Part shown: piece after piece, positions 29,331 to 40,410 of the stretch
Layout of the letters: each line of letters begins with the position of its first letter
Numbering within the stretch: the first letter of the stretch is position 1
Origin: a virus
Lineage: Duplodnaviria > Caudoviricetes
IMG/VR virus record: IMGVR_UViG_3300037722_001090
Direction: 5' to 3' (one strand)
DNA length: 64,000 nt
Notes under the pieces: generated by a model
Seen by the model: the letters and a program-made list of their open reading frames with translations, nothing else
The model's database searches: none
Told to the model about the DNA's origin: nothing
Program-made: the position numbers and the translations under genes

Positions 29331-30186
29331 TAAAATGATACAGGAATTACTAGAAGATCTATTTAAAAAAACATCTAAACCGCAAAAAGAACATAAGGAC
29401 CGATTCTATCCAACACAATCATCAGTCTCAGTAAGTCACAAGTCTTATAAGAAAGTAGAAGGTAAGTGCTTAAGGGCAGCTTATTATAATTGTATTGCTG
29501 CAGACTCAGAAGATACATTTAGTCTAAATAAAGAAATTATATTTGAGCTAGGTGATTATGTTGAGAAGATGGTGCTAGACAAGCTTGATCGTAAAGGGGT
29601 ACTCGTAAGTAGAGATACGAAGTTCGAGATTAGCACATATAAAATAAGCGGTAAGTTAGATGCTATTATTTTAGATAGTAATGGCAAAAAAGTTGGCGTT
29701 GAAATTAAAAGCATTGGTGGTAATAATAAATATGCAACAAATGCAATCTATGGAAGTCAATGGAATTTACCAGAACCTAAATGGCAGAACTTATTTCAAA
29801 CCTTAGTATACTGTTATGCCTTTCGAGATGAGATAGATAGATTTATATTATTTTATATCAGAAGAGATACAGGTGAAATTAAGGAATTTGAAATTTCTAT
29901 ACTGCCAAAAAAAGGCAAGCTATATCCTGTAATAGACGGTAAGATTGAAGAGAGATATACAGTAAACGATATATTAGATAGATACACTATTCTTAATAGA
30001 TATATAGAGAAAAAAGAAACCCCTCCTAGAGAATTCCAGCATACATACAAAAAAGAACTTATTGATACTTACGTAAAATTTGGTATAATGTCTAAGTACC
30101 AAGCAGATAAATATAAAGAAATACCCTTTGGTGACTTTGAATGCAGATTCTGTAGCTATTCAAAACGCTGCCTAATTGATAAGTGA
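29320..30186 (+). CDS. Cas4-like PD-(D/E)XK exonuclease with 4-Cys cluster
   Basis: N-terminal CLRAAYY, ISGKLDAII, VEIKS, QTLVY, C-terminal CRFCSYSKRC. Confidence 0.85.
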   Translation: MKCNKMIQELLEDLFKKTSKPQKEHKDRFYPTQSSVSVSHKSYKKVEGKCLRAAYYNCIAADSEDTFSLNKEIIFELGDYVEKMVLDKLDRKGVLVSRDTKFEISTYKISGKLDAIILDSNGKKVGVEIKSIGGNNKYATNAIYGSQWNLPEPKWQNLFQTLVYCYAFRDEIDRFILFYIRRDTGEIKEFEISILPKKGKLYPVIDGKIEERYTVNDILDRYTILNRYIEKKETPPREFQHTYKKELIDTYVKFGIMSKYQADKYKEIPFGDFECRFCSYSKRCLIDK

Positions 30187-31342
30187 GGATAGTATGTCTA
30201 GTTTAATAACCAAAAAAAACGCAACTGATACTTATAAATACTTTTATCCAGAAATAAGCTCTCTAGGTATTCCAGATCCTAATCCTAGGGCTGCTGTAAT
30301 TAAAGATAATTATATGTTTTTATATTATGGAAAGATCCCCCGTGTTACAGATGGAGTAATATCTAAGCTTGCAAAAATAAATCTTAATACAAATGAGGTT
30401 GAAACAGTTGTATTTACATATAACGCAGCAGGATCAAGCGTACAATATAGTGTCCCTCTTGGTATCTTAAATGTTGATATGCCAGCTAGCAATAGAGCTA
30501 TTCTTTGGAATGGTAATACATTAGTAACACTAATTAGAACTATGCAGCCATTTGATGGTGTTACTTTAGTTAAACTAGACTTAAGCTCTAATACAATTAC
30601 ACTTAGGGCATTAACAGGTATGGCTTCAGACTCATATATATTAGATCTTACTATTGATGGCAATAATCTTTATGTTATAAGTAAGGCTGGAAGTATAGAG
30701 GAGTCTTATAATAAGGTACATAAAATTGACTTAAATAGTAATACGGCAGATGGATGTGCAACGTCTGGATATACAATTAACTCTCTCCTTAGAGGTAACA
30801 ATGCCATACATTTTCATAATGGATTATTATATATGTTTGGTGGCAGGTACTATGATAGTATTGAATCTATAGTATTGGATGCTTCTAGTAAATACTTTTC
30901 AATTAATGTGCTTGATCTTTCAGATCCTGACTGCATAAATACACATAACATAATCTCTCAAATAGCTATCCCTGTAACCATTAATAATATACCGGTAATA
31001 TTTAATGGAGTGCAAGTACATATTCCTTATAATCCAAATGTATTTACATTTAATTTAGAAGATGGTAGTTTATATAAAAACGCATCAACAGAAATAATGT
31101 ACGGTAATATTAGCGCATTAAATGGTACAGAAATTATTTTCTTAGACTTTACATCAGGAACAATAATTAGATCAGCAGAGCCATCATCTATACATCTAGT
31201 TGCATATGGAACAATACAGTTCTATGATGGAGTAGAAAGTAATAGTAGTACAAAGAAAACGTACTATACGAGATCGATTAATAAAATAACAGATAAAGAA
31301 TATATAACTAAATTTATATTAAACGATACAGGAGGGATTTAA
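30176..31342 (+). CDS. Kelch-like beta-propeller protein
   Basis: LLYMFGGRYY, MFLYYG, LYVISKAG blade motifs. Confidence 0.55.
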   Translation: MISEDSMSSLITKKNATDTYKYFYPEISSLGIPDPNPRAAVIKDNYMFLYYGKIPRVTDGVISKLAKINLNTNEVETVVFTYNAAGSSVQYSVPLGILNVDMPASNRAILWNGNTLVTLIRTMQPFDGVTLVKLDLSSNTITLRALTGMASDSYILDLTIDGNNLYVISKAGSIEESYNKVHKIDLNSNTADGCATSGYTINSLLRGNNAIHFHNGLLYMFGGRYYDSIESIVLDASSKYFSINVLDLSDPDCINTHNIISQIAIPVTINNIPVIFNGVQVHIPYNPNVFTFNLEDGSLYKNASTEIMYGNISALNGTEIIFLDFTSGTIIRSAEPSSIHLVAYGTIQFYDGVESNSSTKKTYYTRSINKITDKEYITKFILNDTGGI

Positions 31343-31369
31343 CTACAAAGTAGTTATTTAATATTTAAT

Positions 31370-33859
31370 ATGAGATTTGACTTAGAGTTTAATATAGTTT
31401 CACAGCTTAGCGCAGCAGGACTTTCTGAGCTTGCTGAAATATTTTATGGTGAAGATGGAAATAAACTTACTCCAACTCAATGGGATACAGTAACGCTTAT
31501 AGATAAGGCAAATAGATCTAGTAATGCTATAGATACGTCTAGATATACTGGATTAGTTAATGTACCTAGCTGGCTATATTCTTCAGGAGTATTACTGGAT
31601 AATGATCTTACATTAAGCAGGTTAGTTGCACGCAATAATATGATCGTGCCATTATTTACTACCGGATCCGTATTTTTTAATAAATATGAATTTAAATGGT
31701 CAAATAATACTATTAGAAAACAATTTACTTTTGATAGAAACTTAAATTTATATGCTTGTAAAGTTGATGCAGATATAAATAAAGAAAGTATTCAAGCATT
31801 TACTTTGAGATTTAAATATCCTGGATATGTAGCATATGAAAAAATATGGAAGCATGTTGAATTTATTAATGATACTAACAAGACGCTAAAAGAAAATTTA
31901 GATATAACGTTTACTAACAGTAAAGAAGACTATAAGCTTACTATGGCTATGTATGGGGAAGATACATATGTTTTTCTTAGTGGTAAGATGATTTCAGTTG
32001 ATAAGCTACAGATAGGTACAGCATATGCTAATAAGGGTAATATTATGGCAATTGGAGAGTATCCTATAAGCCAAGACGGTATTGTTATTGATTCATATAA
32101 TTCATTACAAGGTGAATATAAATTCTTCTCTAGTACAATGGTATTTAAGAATATTACATCTTCTGATATTGATATAAAAATTAGCTATGAGATTACACCG
32201 ATACTTACATATAATCAATTGAGTAGGACTAACACTAGTGATGATATTATTTATGCAAGTGCTAATATTATACCAAGTGCAATTGGATTTAAAAACGGTA
32301 TAATTGCAATTCACAATACAGGATCAGCCGGCGGCACTATAACTACAGACCAAGGAAATAATATAATTATTCCAACTGAACTAGAGTTAATAGTTGATAA
32401 GTCAACTACATCTGTATTAGACTCAGTAAAAGCAACAGCAAAATTGCTTGGTATAGATGGTATGCCAGTTAAAGATGCTAAGATAAGGTTTAAAATAAAC
32501 TCAACAAGCGATGATGTTAAGTTTTTAGAGTCTGGATCTTCATCTTATAGTACGTTCACAGGGATAGATGGTCACTGTACAGCAAATGCATTTATTGATA
32601 GATCAAGATTTGGTTGGTATTTACAAAAAGAATGGATAAATGGCAATAAAATTAATGTTCCTTTCGATATTAAGACATCAAGAGAAGATGAGATTTATTT
32701 ATATTTTATTACATCAGATGATCCAATATTAGGTAAATTATTTAATAGAGATATAGAAACACCACTCACAGAATATTATTCAACAGAAACATCCATTGAA
32801 GGGTACGAGGTTAGTGGAAGAAAAGTTGCATATGTAAAAATGCACAATAGAAACAATGGCGGTTCCAATGTTATTTACAGTGCATTCGTAAAACCTAAGT
32901 CGGTTATTAGAGATCAGTCATTTGGTTTTATCTTTAAAGATCTTTATATCAAAAATAGCTCACAGGCAATAAGCAGTTTTCTATCTGACTTACCTCAATA
33001 TGTTAGTATTAATTCACTTACTCCATCAGTAAGCTATACAGCGAGTAGCCTAGGATATGCAGAAGGAATACTCCCTAATAATATTTTGAGTTTTTATAGT
33101 GCAAATACAACAGACGGTACTATCATTGAATTTAATGAGTCTATCCCAGCATATGATAATATCGTAGGTTATTGGTTAATAACAGGTAGCTCTTCTGACG
33201 TTACGATTAGTGCAGTATTTGAGGACCGTAATAGTTTTATTACATTAAGGTCTAATGATGTGTCTATTTCTACAACAAACTACATTAAGTCTGAATATGA
33301 GTTTATACTTACAGATTCAGATGTAAGCAATCAAAATACAGCCTTATCTGCATTTGGATATTATACAGTATCAGAATACTTAGAAAACCCATACAAGCAA
33401 AGTGCATGCACATATACTTGTACATACTGCAATCCAATCCTTAAGAAGTGTACATTTTCAAATAACACATACGATGCTTTCTATAAGAATGATGGATTAT
33501 CTGGAATTTGCATAAAACCTGCACAAAATAATACATTAGAATTGGATGAAAGATGTCCTATTACGACAGCTAAGTTTTTGTCAGATATAGATGGTAATTT
33601 ACTTTTTGAACAAGAATTAGTTAATGGAACACTTAGAGATATCTGGAAATGGACAAACGTAAATAGTTACATGCAATATAATGGTAAGGAACCACACATA
33701 GCTTTTTGGGATGAGAGTGGAGACATAACAGATCAGTCAGCATGGGATTTATTAGTAACAAACGATATGATTATTCCACTTTACAAAAACAACACAAACT
33801 ATGATCCAACTGCATGGGGATTTATTAACCCGTTTATTATGCATGCTGAGAGAGCATAA
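31370..33859 (+). CDS. Tail/baseplate protein with Ig-like (Big-1) domain and Cys-rich segment
   Basis: VKATAKLLGIDGMPVKDAKIRF...TGIDGHCTA Big-1 pattern; CTYTCTYCNPILKKC. Confidence 0.5.
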   Translation: MRFDLEFNIVSQLSAAGLSELAEIFYGEDGNKLTPTQWDTVTLIDKANRSSNAIDTSRYTGLVNVPSWLYSSGVLLDNDLTLSRLVARNNMIVPLFTTGSVFFNKYEFKWSNNTIRKQFTFDRNLNLYACKVDADINKESIQAFTLRFKYPGYVAYEKIWKHVEFINDTNKTLKENLDITFTNSKEDYKLTMAMYGEDTYVFLSGKMISVDKLQIGTAYANKGNIMAIGEYPISQDGIVIDSYNSLQGEYKFFSSTMVFKNITSSDIDIKISYEITPILTYNQLSRTNTSDDIIYASANIIPSAIGFKNGIIAIHNTGSAGGTITTDQGNNIIIPTELELIVDKSTTSVLDSVKATAKLLGIDGMPVKDAKIRFKINSTSDDVKFLESGSSSYSTFTGIDGHCTANAFIDRSRFGWYLQKEWINGNKINVPFDIKTSREDEIYLYFITSDDPILGKLFNRDIETPLTEYYSTETSIEGYEVSGRKVAYVKMHNRNNGGSNVIYSAFVKPKSVIRDQSFGFIFKDLYIKNSSQAISSFLSDLPQYVSINSLTPSVSYTASSLGYAEGILPNNILSFYSANTTDGTIIEFNESIPAYDNIVGYWLITGSSSDVTISAVFEDRNSFITLRSNDVSISTTNYIKSEYEFILTDSDVSNQNTALSAFGYYTVSEYLENPYKQSACTYTCTYCNPILKKCTFSNNTYDAFYKNDGLSGICIKPAQNNTLELDERCPITTAKFLSDIDGNLLFEQELVNGTLRDIWKWTNVNSYMQYNGKEPHIAFWDESGDITDQSAWDLLVTNDMIIPLYKNNTNYDPTAWGFINPFIMHAERA

Positions 33860-33868
33860 GGAGATTCA

Positions 33869-35206
33869 ATGCAAAACACTCAATTATTCCAAAAGATGCT
33901 GCCTGTTAAAATTAACTTCTATCAGGGCGAATCACCATCACCATCTAAGTTAAATGGTATCTTTAATTATATACAGGCTTCATATTATATTGCCGAGTCA
34001 TATCTAGGTAACGGTATTGACTATGAATTTACACCAGGGAATCTTACTAGCAGAAAAATGATGCATAATATTGCAGGTGCCATTGGTAAGATGGGTGATA
34101 TTTATAAGCCTATTAATAAACTTGGAAGCTTAGAGCATATTCACAGATGCTATGGTGCAGTAAACCAAGGCAATACTGCAACGGACGGACTACACAATGC
34201 TCATACTATATATGTGCCAGGTACAAACGGATATCTAGATGAGTACCTGCAGATTGATGAGGAGATTAATATTCCTATTAGCGTGCAAGTTGAATCTAAT
34301 GATAGCTACTCTTTAATAATTAACTTTAAAGGGCAAGGAGCACTTACAGTTAATAATGGACTGAGCAACTCATTAAATGTATGTGATGATGGTATTGGTG
34401 GAAGTGCTATTTATCCTACAAGTAAAATAATTACAATTGTAGGTGGATCTTATATAGATTTTATAAAAATTACACCAGTTTCAAACTTTAACATACTAAG
34501 CATATCACTGCTATCTAATAGTGAATCACATGCCTATCAGACACTATGTTTTAATGTTGCAGCTAGTATGCCTCTTAATCAAGAAAAATACTGGACAGTT
34601 AAGTCTCCATGCTCAAGGGCATATACTCAATCAACAAATGAGCTATGTGACAAAGCAACTTGCCAGTTTTGCATAGGGAATACATATGATATTTATTTAC
34701 AAGATGGAGCATTAGCAGATGATGCTAGATATGGAATACCTATTTGTGGTGGAGACTTTGAAACACTATTGCCATCAGAATTAATCCCTAAAGACAATGC
34801 AGTAAGTACAGTAGCATATACAGCTTATAATCCAGCAGGTAGCGTTAAGACTTATTCTGTACAGTCATCCTTATTAATGACTAGTAGATATTTTATGTCT
34901 AAATATAGTCCATTTGCAGCATATGATCCAAATATATATGGAGTAGGAGATCCTATTGCTAAAAACGAAACAGTTATTTATGATAGTGGCGCTTTAAAAA
35001 GCCCTATTCTTCTTGACGTAGTTATTTTCGCATCTGGCAGACCTGATATAGTTTATTTATCTGATGTTAAAAATGAAATAATTGCACCTACAAATACTAG
35101 GTTTTTTGTGACTGGAGGGTCTTATAGTATAGCACAAATGCTAAGAGACATTCTCCTATATCTATCAAACCAACAAAAACCAATGACAGCAGTTTATTCT
35201 GACTAA
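33869..35206 (+). CDS. Putative tail structural protein
   Basis: INFYQGESPSPSKLNG N-terminus; Cys cluster CSRAY...CDKATCQFC; operon context. Confidence 0.4.
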   Translation: MQNTQLFQKMLPVKINFYQGESPSPSKLNGIFNYIQASYYIAESYLGNGIDYEFTPGNLTSRKMMHNIAGAIGKMGDIYKPINKLGSLEHIHRCYGAVNQGNTATDGLHNAHTIYVPGTNGYLDEYLQIDEEINIPISVQVESNDSYSLIINFKGQGALTVNNGLSNSLNVCDDGIGGSAIYPTSKIITIVGGSYIDFIKITPVSNFNILSISLLSNSESHAYQTLCFNVAASMPLNQEKYWTVKSPCSRAYTQSTNELCDKATCQFCIGNTYDIYLQDGALADDARYGIPICGGDFETLLPSELIPKDNAVSTVAYTAYNPAGSVKTYSVQSSLLMTSRYFMSKYSPFAAYDPNIYGVGDPIAKNETVIYDSGALKSPILLDVVIFASGRPDIVYLSDVKNEIIAPTNTRFFVTGGSYSIAQMLRDILLYLSNQQKPMTAVYSD

Positions 35207-35215
35207 GGTGTTAAT

Positions 35216-36868
35216 ATGAGATTCGATTTAGAAATACCAAGCACATATGTTGATCTTACATATATTTCAGAAGGCAATAAGCTTCCATCAGCTGCAATCC
35301 CTTTATATTATATGGATATTAACTATAAGACAAAGATCCCAAAAGACTTTCTTACAATCAATGAGGACGTAGTAGAGGATCCTACTAGTGAGCTTATTTT
35401 TGAGGAAGCAGCAGGACCATCTTTTGGTATACGAGGAAACAGGTTTATCATTACAAATGTAGCAAAATATTCATCAATATATAATACTAAAGTTCCATTA
35501 TTTTATAAGTTCATACTAAATGAAAGAGTAAGTGAATTCTCTATTAAGATAATAGATTACCTAGGAAATCAATTAGATAGGGATGAGTATATTGTAGAAG
35601 AAGCTGCAACAAGAACGGTTATTTATATTAATGACTATGATAAGTTGCTTTTTGTAGAATATATATCTAGCAATAAGTCTGTTAAGAAAATCATAAGCCT
35701 GCAAAGAATATTTGAAGAAATAACATGGGATGATATCGTAAGAAACCCTAATGAAATACCTAGATATAAATATCTGGTATCTGATGACGGCATGCTTCAG
35801 ACATCACATAATAGCACTTTATATGTTAAATATGAGCATGACATTCATTTGCTTCAGACACCAGTAGCTAACATAGAGGATAGTTGGTATATTGGACTTA
35901 AGAATACGTCATTTAAAGTACTTAATGAAGATAGTGGTATTACATATAACTATGAGATACCAGAGTTTTATATTCAAAACCCACTAGCACAACACAGGCT
36001 TGAGGAGATAAAAGATAAGAAGTGCATTATTATCTATGAAGATATTATTAAGTTACAATCTGTTCCTGCAGAAAATGCGCTAGATAAAATAAGATTAGTT
36101 GTTAAGGACTACTTTACTAATGAAATTAAATACGCATTTACTACAAACCAAGAATTGAATGGTGCACAATATGAGGGTGTATATTTTTCGTTAGTAAAAG
36201 ATTTTAACAATGAAGGATATGTACAATTACCAATTAAATTAAGTCCAAACGATACTGTAAGTGCATCATATCTTGTAAAAAATGATTATTATAAATTTAG
36301 ATTTTTGAACTTTAACTCATCTGAAGTAGGACAAGATTGCTACTTTGCAATCTATATGAAACCAAATCCTCAAGAAGTTGAATTGGCCGTCTTTTATGCT
36401 GTAATTGGTAAGAAAGAAAATCAAGATATTGATGCTGCAACTTGGAGACAAGGAAGACGGTTTGGTACAATAGAAGAGTATAAGAATTTTATTAAAGAGA
36501 ATAATGCATATCATGTTGCAACAATAGGGATATCAACAAGCACTGAGCTTAATATTTCTAACTTTACAGATATAAGATCTATTGGTGGAGAGATTATCAA
36601 TAAAGAATCAGCATGCAGAATAACTGCAGATGTATTCTATGATGACTTAATTAAAGGCAACTTAAGCATTCCAACATCAGATTCTGTTATAGCAAATATA
36701 TCAGCTAGTAAACTAATTGCAAATAAGATTGCGAATATAGATACTAATACATTGCAAACAGATAATCATACTAAACAATTTATAGAAAACGCAAGAGAAG
36801 TAATAGACAAAAACTTAGATGCTACAACAAAGTCTATTATAGAGATTAACGTTAAAGGAGCAGTATAA
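35216..36868 (+). CDS. Putative tail structural protein
   Basis: 550 aa; starts MRFDLE like 31370 ORF. Confidence 0.4.
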   Translation: MRFDLEIPSTYVDLTYISEGNKLPSAAIPLYYMDINYKTKIPKDFLTINEDVVEDPTSELIFEEAAGPSFGIRGNRFIITNVAKYSSIYNTKVPLFYKFILNERVSEFSIKIIDYLGNQLDRDEYIVEEAATRTVIYINDYDKLLFVEYISSNKSVKKIISLQRIFEEITWDDIVRNPNEIPRYKYLVSDDGMLQTSHNSTLYVKYEHDIHLLQTPVANIEDSWYIGLKNTSFKVLNEDSGITYNYEIPEFYIQNPLAQHRLEEIKDKKCIIIYEDIIKLQSVPAENALDKIRLVVKDYFTNEIKYAFTTNQELNGAQYEGVYFSLVKDFNNEGYVQLPIKLSPNDTVSASYLVKNDYYKFRFLNFNSSEVGQDCYFAIYMKPNPQEVELAVFYAVIGKKENQDIDAATWRQGRRFGTIEEYKNFIKENNAYHVATIGISTSTELNISNFTDIRSIGGEIINKESACRITADVFYDDLIKGNLSIPTSDSVIANISASKLIANKIANIDTNTLQTDNHTKQFIENAREVIDKNLDATTKSIIEINVKGAV

Positions 36869-38190
36869 TGTCAAGAGCATCGAAAGTTTACTACTTAAGT
36901 GTAAGGCCAACGGGAGATATTACTGCCGATATAAATACGCAAATTGGTGAACTACCACAAAGCGGTGATATTGCAGTTGATATATCAACAAATACTATTG
37001 GTGGAATCACTACAGATATTACCAATCATTTAAATAATGGAGAAGTATATCAGTTTGATAGTGCTTACTGGAATATTCTAACAAACAGAGAGACAGCATG
37101 GACTGATCAGAATATCATCTCTAATGTTACCAAGGTAAGATCTGCGCATACTGGTGAGATAAGAAACTTTATTAATTTTATACAAAGAACACATGCCAGA
37201 AGATATGGTGAGACTTGGTATAACAAACATAATATGTCTGCAGCTATTTTATATTGGGGTAGTAATACTGATTTTGCTAGGATTTATATGGCAAATTATG
37301 GTGCTGACATGGACTATCTCACTATAGAATGCGGAGATGATTCAACAGATAAGATCAAATTTGTAAATAGAATATCATCTACTAGTAATACTATACAAAA
37401 CATATTTGATATTAGTCCTGGTGGATTAACATCTTATGTGCCTGTAATTTTTAATGAAAACTTAATTATTAGTAAAGATCTATTTGTAATACTCGAGGCT
37501 GAATTCAGTAATAATGTACATATGTTGTCAGACTTAGATGTTGACGGAACATTAAATATAGATACGGCACTGGTTTCTAATGGCACATCTACGCTAAATG
37601 GAATAGTAACATTAGGAGATGTCCTTTATCCAAAAACTGGACAAACTAAGGGAATTAAATTTACTGGAGTTACAAGAATTTGTGAAGGTGCTACAGCCCT
37701 TGAAATAGCAAGTGCTAATCAAATAAATCTTATTGCACAAGATAATGATAGCGTTAAGATTAATGATAATAAAATAATGCATACTGGAAATGGTGGACAT
37801 GGATCTGGATTTGATGCAGATAAACTAGATGGTCATGAATGGAGCGAAATTGTAACAGCACTTGAACCAGTTGGAACAAGTAATATTATTTTTGAAAAAG
37901 TAAATGGTAGTAGCATTTTGGACTTTGATTTACCTCCTGGCACATGGTTTATAAATGCAGAGTCTGGATTTTTACAATCTGCATTTGGAGGGGGCTGGCT
38001 TAAGATTGACGGCGTAACAGTAGATACGCAGCCTAATATGGGACAAGACCTTCCAGGTGTATCTTGGTTACAATTAAACGGAACAGCGATCCTAGAAGGA
38101 GGGCGTACAATAACTATTCAGTTATTTCCAACCCATGTCTGGGGAGCTGGTACAATGAGAGTCAGTGCATTCGCAATTAAAGTAGCATAA
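36868..38190 (+). CDS. Tail fibre protein
   Basis: IMHTGNGGHGSGFDADKLDG fibre repeat; beta-helix-like segment; C-terminal beta-sandwich. Confidence 0.75.
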   Translation: MSRASKVYYLSVRPTGDITADINTQIGELPQSGDIAVDISTNTIGGITTDITNHLNNGEVYQFDSAYWNILTNRETAWTDQNIISNVTKVRSAHTGEIRNFINFIQRTHARRYGETWYNKHNMSAAILYWGSNTDFARIYMANYGADMDYLTIECGDDSTDKIKFVNRISSTSNTIQNIFDISPGGLTSYVPVIFNENLIISKDLFVILEAEFSNNVHMLSDLDVDGTLNIDTALVSNGTSTLNGIVTLGDVLYPKTGQTKGIKFTGVTRICEGATALEIASANQINLIAQDNDSVKINDNKIMHTGNGGHGSGFDADKLDGHEWSEIVTALEPVGTSNIIFEKVNGSSILDFDLPPGTWFINAESGFLQSAFGGGWLKIDGVTVDTQPNMGQDLPGVSWLQLNGTAILEGGRTITIQLFPTHVWGAGTMRVSAFAIKVA

Positions 38191-38202
38191 TAGGAGAATA
38201 TA

Positions 38203-40032
38203 ATGTCTAGCTTAACACAAAACTTTGGATTAAACATTCCTGATCGCGGAGAGCTTCCTGGCACATGGGATACGCTTGTTAATGCAAACTGGATTTTGCT
38301 TGATACACTAATAAAAGATGCTTACTTTAATAGATCTTCAGTAGATGAACCAGTAGATGCATCTGTAGGTTTAACTTGGTACGATATCTCGCTATTACTA
38401 TTAAAAGTACGAGCACCTTCAGGATGGGTTAATGTTGTTGCTCATACGCATGATGGTACAATAGTAGGTGTGCCTAAAATTAATTTAGCTACAGACATAC
38501 TGGATGATATAGCATATAAGTTACCAGGACATCTTGTAAGCACTCTTAATCTTGATGCTGACCTAATAGATGGTAAGCACTTATCTGAGTTAGCTACAGA
38601 GCTTGCAGGAGCTGGACTATCAGCAGTAGCAGGTAAAATAATAATGCCAGATATATCGGCTCTAGTTACACTTATTGGAGCTGGGTCATCAGTAAGTCTT
38701 ACTAAAGTTACAGTCGATAAGAGTGGTAAGATTATTAATGGATCTACCCCAAACACATTATTTGGAGCTGGTATCACAGATGCATATACTAAAACTGAAT
38801 CAGGCTTAAATTTTGCGCTTAAAAAAGGCGAAATACTTAAGATGTTCCAAGTAAAAGATCCGGTTGATGGAGCTACAGATCCTGATATACTAGATACAAC
38901 AAAATGTGCAATTAGTAGATTTTTTGCAGACAATAAATACGCACAACTTGGTCATACTCATTCAACAGTCGACTATACTAATGTTTTTCATCCAAAAAAT
39001 GGATCAGAAACAGAGTTATTAGTTGCAAAAATGCCAGACTCAGATTCATCACTATTCGACAATTATTTGATTTCAAGAATATATGCTGATAGTAGATATT
39101 TAAGATCTGTTCCAAGTAATACTTATTTATCTTTATCTGGCGGAACAATGACTGGTGAGCTTGAGCTTTCTAGTGCTATTGCTCCGATTAGTGATTCAGG
39201 TGCAACATCTAAAGCATACGTGATCTCGCATGTACTTAATAAGATAGCTGAGCTTACAGCACCTAAAGCAGGTGATGAGGCACAATCATTTTTAATTGCA
39301 AAGGCTCCAATATCGCCAGATCCAAACTGGGAAAAATATGCACTTAATAAACTAAGGGCAGATGAAATATATTCACAACTTGAACATACACATGCAAATT
39401 ATGTAACATCGGCAGATTTATACGCAGAAGTAAGTACTCAGGTTTCAGGAATTATAGATACACTAACGGCATCTTCATGGTCAATACTAGCTGCATTAGA
39501 TCTTATTTATGACATTCCTTTACCGGGAACTATTAATGATACGCTTATTACAGTTAATTCTATTGATCTTGGTGTACTAGTATCTGATATTCCAGCATCT
39601 GGATATTTAAAAGTTACAGGACATACAACATTATACTCTTATGTTTATAGTGATCCTACAGGAGCACCAGGAGCTTTAACTTTAACACCTGGACTAGAAG
39701 CATCAATAATTGGAGGAGAAGATGCAACTATTTATAATGCTGCTGGTGATACAATAATTACAAAAAATAGCTATGACGTTAATTCTGGCAGTGAGTATTT
39801 TATAGATACAACCAATGATATAATTAATTTAACACTACCTATAACTCCTGTACTTGGAGATACGGTAGAGTTTGTGGATGTAGCAGGATTATTTGAAACA
39901 AACAACTTAACTATTCTTAGAAACGATGAAAAAATAATGGGACTAGCAGAAGACATGATTGTAAGTACAAATAATACTTCATTAAAGCTAGTATATTCTA
40001 ATACAGTATATGGATGGAGGATTGTAAGATGA
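38203..40032 (+). CDS. Tail fibre protein
   Basis: LDADLIDGKH, TKVTVDKSGKII, HTH/HSH metal motifs; C-terminal YFIDTT...LTLP..PVLGDTVEFVDVAG.F..NNLTI..N..KIMG domain typical of T4-like fibres. Confidence 0.8.
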   Translation: MSSLTQNFGLNIPDRGELPGTWDTLVNANWILLDTLIKDAYFNRSSVDEPVDASVGLTWYDISLLLLKVRAPSGWVNVVAHTHDGTIVGVPKINLATDILDDIAYKLPGHLVSTLNLDADLIDGKHLSELATELAGAGLSAVAGKIIMPDISALVTLIGAGSSVSLTKVTVDKSGKIINGSTPNTLFGAGITDAYTKTESGLNFALKKGEILKMFQVKDPVDGATDPDILDTTKCAISRFFADNKYAQLGHTHSTVDYTNVFHPKNGSETELLVAKMPDSDSSLFDNYLISRIYADSRYLRSVPSNTYLSLSGGTMTGELELSSAIAPISDSGATSKAYVISHVLNKIAELTAPKAGDEAQSFLIAKAPISPDPNWEKYALNKLRADEIYSQLEHTHANYVTSADLYAEVSTQVSGIIDTLTASSWSILAALDLIYDIPLPGTINDTLITVNSIDLGVLVSDIPASGYLKVTGHTTLYSYVYSDPTGAPGALTLTPGLEASIIGGEDATIYNAAGDTIITKNSYDVNSGSEYFIDTTNDIINLTLPITPVLGDTVEFVDVAGLFETNNLTILRNDEKIMGLAEDMIVSTNNTSLKLVYSNTVYGWRIVR

Positions 40033-40409
40033 GTAACTTAAATGATTTTATGCCTAAGGTAGATACATTATTAGATTATAGTGAAACTGGTATTAATATT
40101 GGGGTACTTAGTAGTAGTTACACGTTAGATCTTAGCATAGCCAACTACTTTGAGGGGACTACAGGGGCAGTTAATGCTGTATTCACATTACCAGATGCAC
40201 CTACATATCCGGATGCGCGTAGCTTTACTGTAGTAGTTAAGCAGGGAGCAACCCCTCGACTGGTTACTTTCTCAGGAGGTGGTGGGATCAAGTGGCTTAG
40301 TGGCACTATTGATGCAAAGGCTACAGCAGCAAAGATCACTCTCTGGACATTCTTCTATAGCTGGACTGCCGGAGCATGGGTGAGTACTGGCGCTATCCAG
40401 GAGCCTTGA
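40014..40409 (+). CDS. Small tail-fibre-associated beta-sandwich protein (start may be 40029)
   Basis: TLDLSIANYF...SFTVVVKQGATPRLVTF...IKWLSG pattern; elevated GC. Confidence 0.55.
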   Translation: MEDCKMSNLNDFMPKVDTLLDYSETGINIGVLSSSYTLDLSIANYFEGTTGAVNAVFTLPDAPTYPDARSFTVVVKQGATPRLVTFSGGGGIKWLSGTIDAKATAAKITLWTFFYSWTAGAWVSTGAIQEP

Positions 40410-40410
40410 T

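Noticed and set aside
29320-30186. CRISPR-Cas locus suggested by Cas4-like genes
   Set aside because: No repeat-spacer array, cas1 or other cas genes seen; solo Cas4-like nucleases are common in phages
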